A program made the translations under genes and the position numbers. Positions 60,604 to 64,000 of a stretch of DNA of 64,000 nucleotides are shown in pieces. The stretch's first letter is position 1. Every line of letters starts with the position of its first letter. Under the pieces are notes generated by a model, which saw nothing but the letters and a program-made list of their open reading frames with translations, was not told where the DNA came from and made no database searches. The DNA comes from Macrostomum hystrix (lineage: Eukaryota; Animalia; Platyhelminthes), in NCBI GenBank assembly GCA_950097015.1, contig CATNEN010000010.1, positions 558,001 to 622,000 of the forward strand, read 5' to 3'.

Positions 60604-63600
60604 GGATCACCAAATTGGATGCCCTGAATCTGCAACAAACAGCATAAAAGGCAATTTCTGGCACTGCTTACTAGATAGGTAATTACTTTAAAAAGAAAAA
60701 CGATTAGTACAAATTATTTATGAGACAGTTATTAAAGTTACAAAAGACAAAATTATTATTAAAATTAAAATTTAATTTAGTAAATTCTGTCAATATAGAT
60801 ATCCAAATATAGTTAATTTATTGCAAGTTTGTACAGAAAATAGCTTGTATTGGCTTTCATTGACAATGAAATATATTTTTTCTTGTATAATCTAATGAAA
60901 TCCTTTTTACAATGAATGGAAAGTTTTATCTAAGTGGCAATACTGGATTTTCTTGGATTATTAAGCTATAGAAACTTTGTTGAAAATATTAGAGATTTAG
61001 TATAGTTGGATATAGCTTAGTTTCTTTCGCCAAGCTGAATAATACATTTTCATATTTATTATATCTAGAATAAAAACCTGGCTATGTGCTAGCTGACTCT
61101 ATTAAAATAATAATGACTTACTGAACTGTATGCAAAATGCAATGTGATTTTTGTCAAATAAACGAGAGATGTGTAATGCTTATTTTTAAATAAATACAAC
61201 CGAATTGCTGAAGTTTTCTAATAGTTATTTTATTTAGAAAAGTTGTTATAAATAAAATAAATACTACCAACTAGTAAAACCATAGTATGCTCATGACCCA
61301 TAAGGGATGAAAAACAAAAAAAAATCACGTTGATAGCGTCGTATAGAAAAATCTAAGAACCAAAATCATATGTTTAGACACCTTAACGTTGTATGGCTAC
61401 TTAAAAAATTTAATGTTTTGCTTCCAATTTCAATAAAATAAAAAATGTACTTAATTAACACATACAAACTCAATTGAAAAGAAATCTCATAAATTCGAGG
61501 TCAACTTTCGCGTAGGTTTGAGGAATGTTAAGTTAGATTTTCCAAAAATTCAGGAGTTACTTACTCGGAGTAAGCTTTTTACAATTAAAGGCCGGCCAGG
61601 CCAGGCCTTTTAAAAAAGTTCTTTGAATTGCGAGCAATCAAATAAGCGCGTAAATATGATCAACTCGCGCGCGGCCCGGAGTTTCACACTCATACTTAAA
61701 CAAAGTTTAATTAAATTAGAGTACAGTATCAAGGGCAGTTAAATATTAGATATGGAAATGTATCTTTTATTTTTATAGTAATAACTGACTGTCCTAATTT
61801 AGTATTAAATTTATTTCAAAAATTTAATTTAATAACATTTCAAAAAATGTTAAATGAACAGTGCACATCCAAGGACCACTAGAAGAAGAAGGACGGGACA
61901 CTTCGTTTCTTAGAAAATTTATTAAAGGCTGATTTTTACGGAAAAATACACTAGCGAGATAGGAACTTTTCACTTTTTTCACTTTAAAACGTTGATAACT
62001 TTTTATTGGAAGCAGATACAAAGCTCTTCTTTTGATATAACTTACAAAATATGTTGCTTCGACGAATTTTATGAAGATTTTTTCATGAATAATTGATCTT
62101 CATATTATTTTAGTTACTATATCATGCAGCAATCATAGTATGAAGCTAACTAGTGACTAACTTGAATTTTACAATCCCTGTTTAATCGGATGCATCTATT
62201 TATTAGCAATATATGATTAAAAAATAGTTGGTTATAATTGTATGCCCAATTCACTGCTTCTTTATTTTAGTTTTATCCTGTCAATATAAAATAAATTTAA
62301 ATATATAGCTACCTATATTACATATAGACCTACTAGCTATGCCTAGACCTAGTTATATGTTTATCAATAATCAAGACAGTATCTATCTTGTTAAGAATTG
62401 ACAGTTTTTATACTTAATGAAATGTATGAATCTAAGCAAGTGATTTAATTTTAAACCAAGCTTGTTCTCTCTTGTAAATATTGACATTATCTTTACATTA
62501 GCTAGTTTTTCCAGTATTTATTAAACAATGATAGTTATTTGCTCTGATTTTATCAAGATGTTCTTATTTTTATTTTCTATTTTTTAATGTAAACAATGGC
62601 ATCGTTAACTGAAGGGTTTTTTAAATTTGTAGTGAAATTGTTTATTTCCTATTCATATTATTTTTTGGGTTCAGGGTTTGCACATGGCTAGCTATTATGT
62701 CATGAACTTATCGAATATTCTATTTTAGCCATCTATTTGCCTATCTACTGTAATTTTACTTTTCTTTTTTTAACAAGTATAGTATTTTTATGGCTAGGCC
62801 TAATATTAGCTTGACTTGGCTGTTGATTTTCATTAAATTAATCACTTTTATTTCCAATTGAAATTAACAGTCCAGAAGTTGTAAGTAGGCCTATTGAATT
62901 TTTCGTCTATTGGGGCAATATTATTGCCAATAAATATAAGTAATAGCACTTCCACAGTCTATGTTTTTAAGCTTTAAATTTTCAACATTGAAACATTTAA
63001 TTAAAAAAGATAAAACAAGAAGTGTTACTTGTTCCTTATCACATTTTAGCTATAATAAAGTTTTGCTTGCACTGACACTAGTACTCAGAGCTTTTGCTAT
63101 TATTGTTATGCCTATTAAGATCTTCAAGGTTGATATGGCCCAGGTAAGCTATCTGGCTCTCATTCAGTGGTAGACTAATTCTGCTATGTATTAGTGTGTA
63201 ATGTTAAAATATTTTTGGTAATATTATTTATTGTATTTACTATAGTAAGAAATTGTAAAATGTTCTTGCTATTGTGGCTCTAGTATGTGTTTTTACCTTT
63301 TTTGCCATTGCAGGGAAAGTCCATGCCTTTCTGCTTTGTGCCAACACCACTGCCCCAGTTCTACCTACCTGTGGTGGAGCCCCAGCCAGTCAGAGAACAA
63401 CCTGGTGGAGCTTCTGGGCTACCTTTTTGAGAGCCTAGCCTGGAGCCTAAGGACCTTGTTCATGTTTACTGCATTTTCAACCAAGTGCTGTAGTCACCAG
63501 CTAGACAACCCCATCCAGTCAGTCTAATCACCATGTGATTGATGCCCCTTGCAAGGTAGTAAGCTTCTGACTGTCCTCATGGACACACAAAGACATTATG

Positions 63601-64000
63601 TAGAGAAAGATATTACTTCATGTCTATATAATTTAAGATCATATAGATACTATTTTTGTGTCTCAATTGTGAAAATTGCCTTGAATTTGAAGAATAATTT
63701 GTTATAAAGTACAATTTAAATCCATTTATTCTACTTCAGTTGATTTTGAGATTTCTTTTATATTTTTCTGATTATTGTGTATTGAAATGAGTTTCTGTTC
63801 TCAATAGTGCATGTGCCATGAGATGTCAAATGGAGAACAATAAATGGAAGTAGTTGCAGCTTTTTATATATTTGAATATGAGCTCATAGTATACACGTTT
63901 TACTTATGACTTAGTGCAAAAATGTGTTCAAGTAGTGCTGACCTTTCATTTTTCATCGTCTTTTATTGTTAAGATGCCTATGCAATGTTGTGTGCCACAA

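Noticed and set aside
63285-63560. Possible exon (TTGCAG acceptor, later GT)
   Set aside because: All three frames close within the segment and none is recognisable.

Overview
Eukaryotic (metazoan) genomic DNA with spliced, GC-rich exons and AT-rich intergenic DNA. A flatworm-type spliced-leader (SL) sequence and minisatellite-packed introns point to a flatworm such as Macrostomum (inference, not verified). Host genes: WDR90 (minus, continues off the left edge), an unidentified 3-exon membrane-protein gene, UBXN1, an intronless 7-finger C2H2 gene, an IFIT-like TPR gene, a complete 14-exon clathrin heavy chain (1675 aa) and a CIB-family EF-hand gene. The main accessory feature is a young 11.5-kb Ty3/Gypsy LTR retrotransposon (9477-21003). 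Its Gag carries a cold-shock domain next to the zinc knuckle. Gag is split in frame by a 2.6-kb non-autonomous Helitron, which itself holds a hAT-type MITE and an SL-like sequence. Also present are four copies of a tRNA-derived SINE, two further TIR elements, decayed LINE and piggyBac fragments, and about 12 intronic minisatellites. One of these is a ~25-fold tandem duplication of a clathrin splice-donor junction. All calls come from reading the sequence and recalling family motifs; no searches were run.
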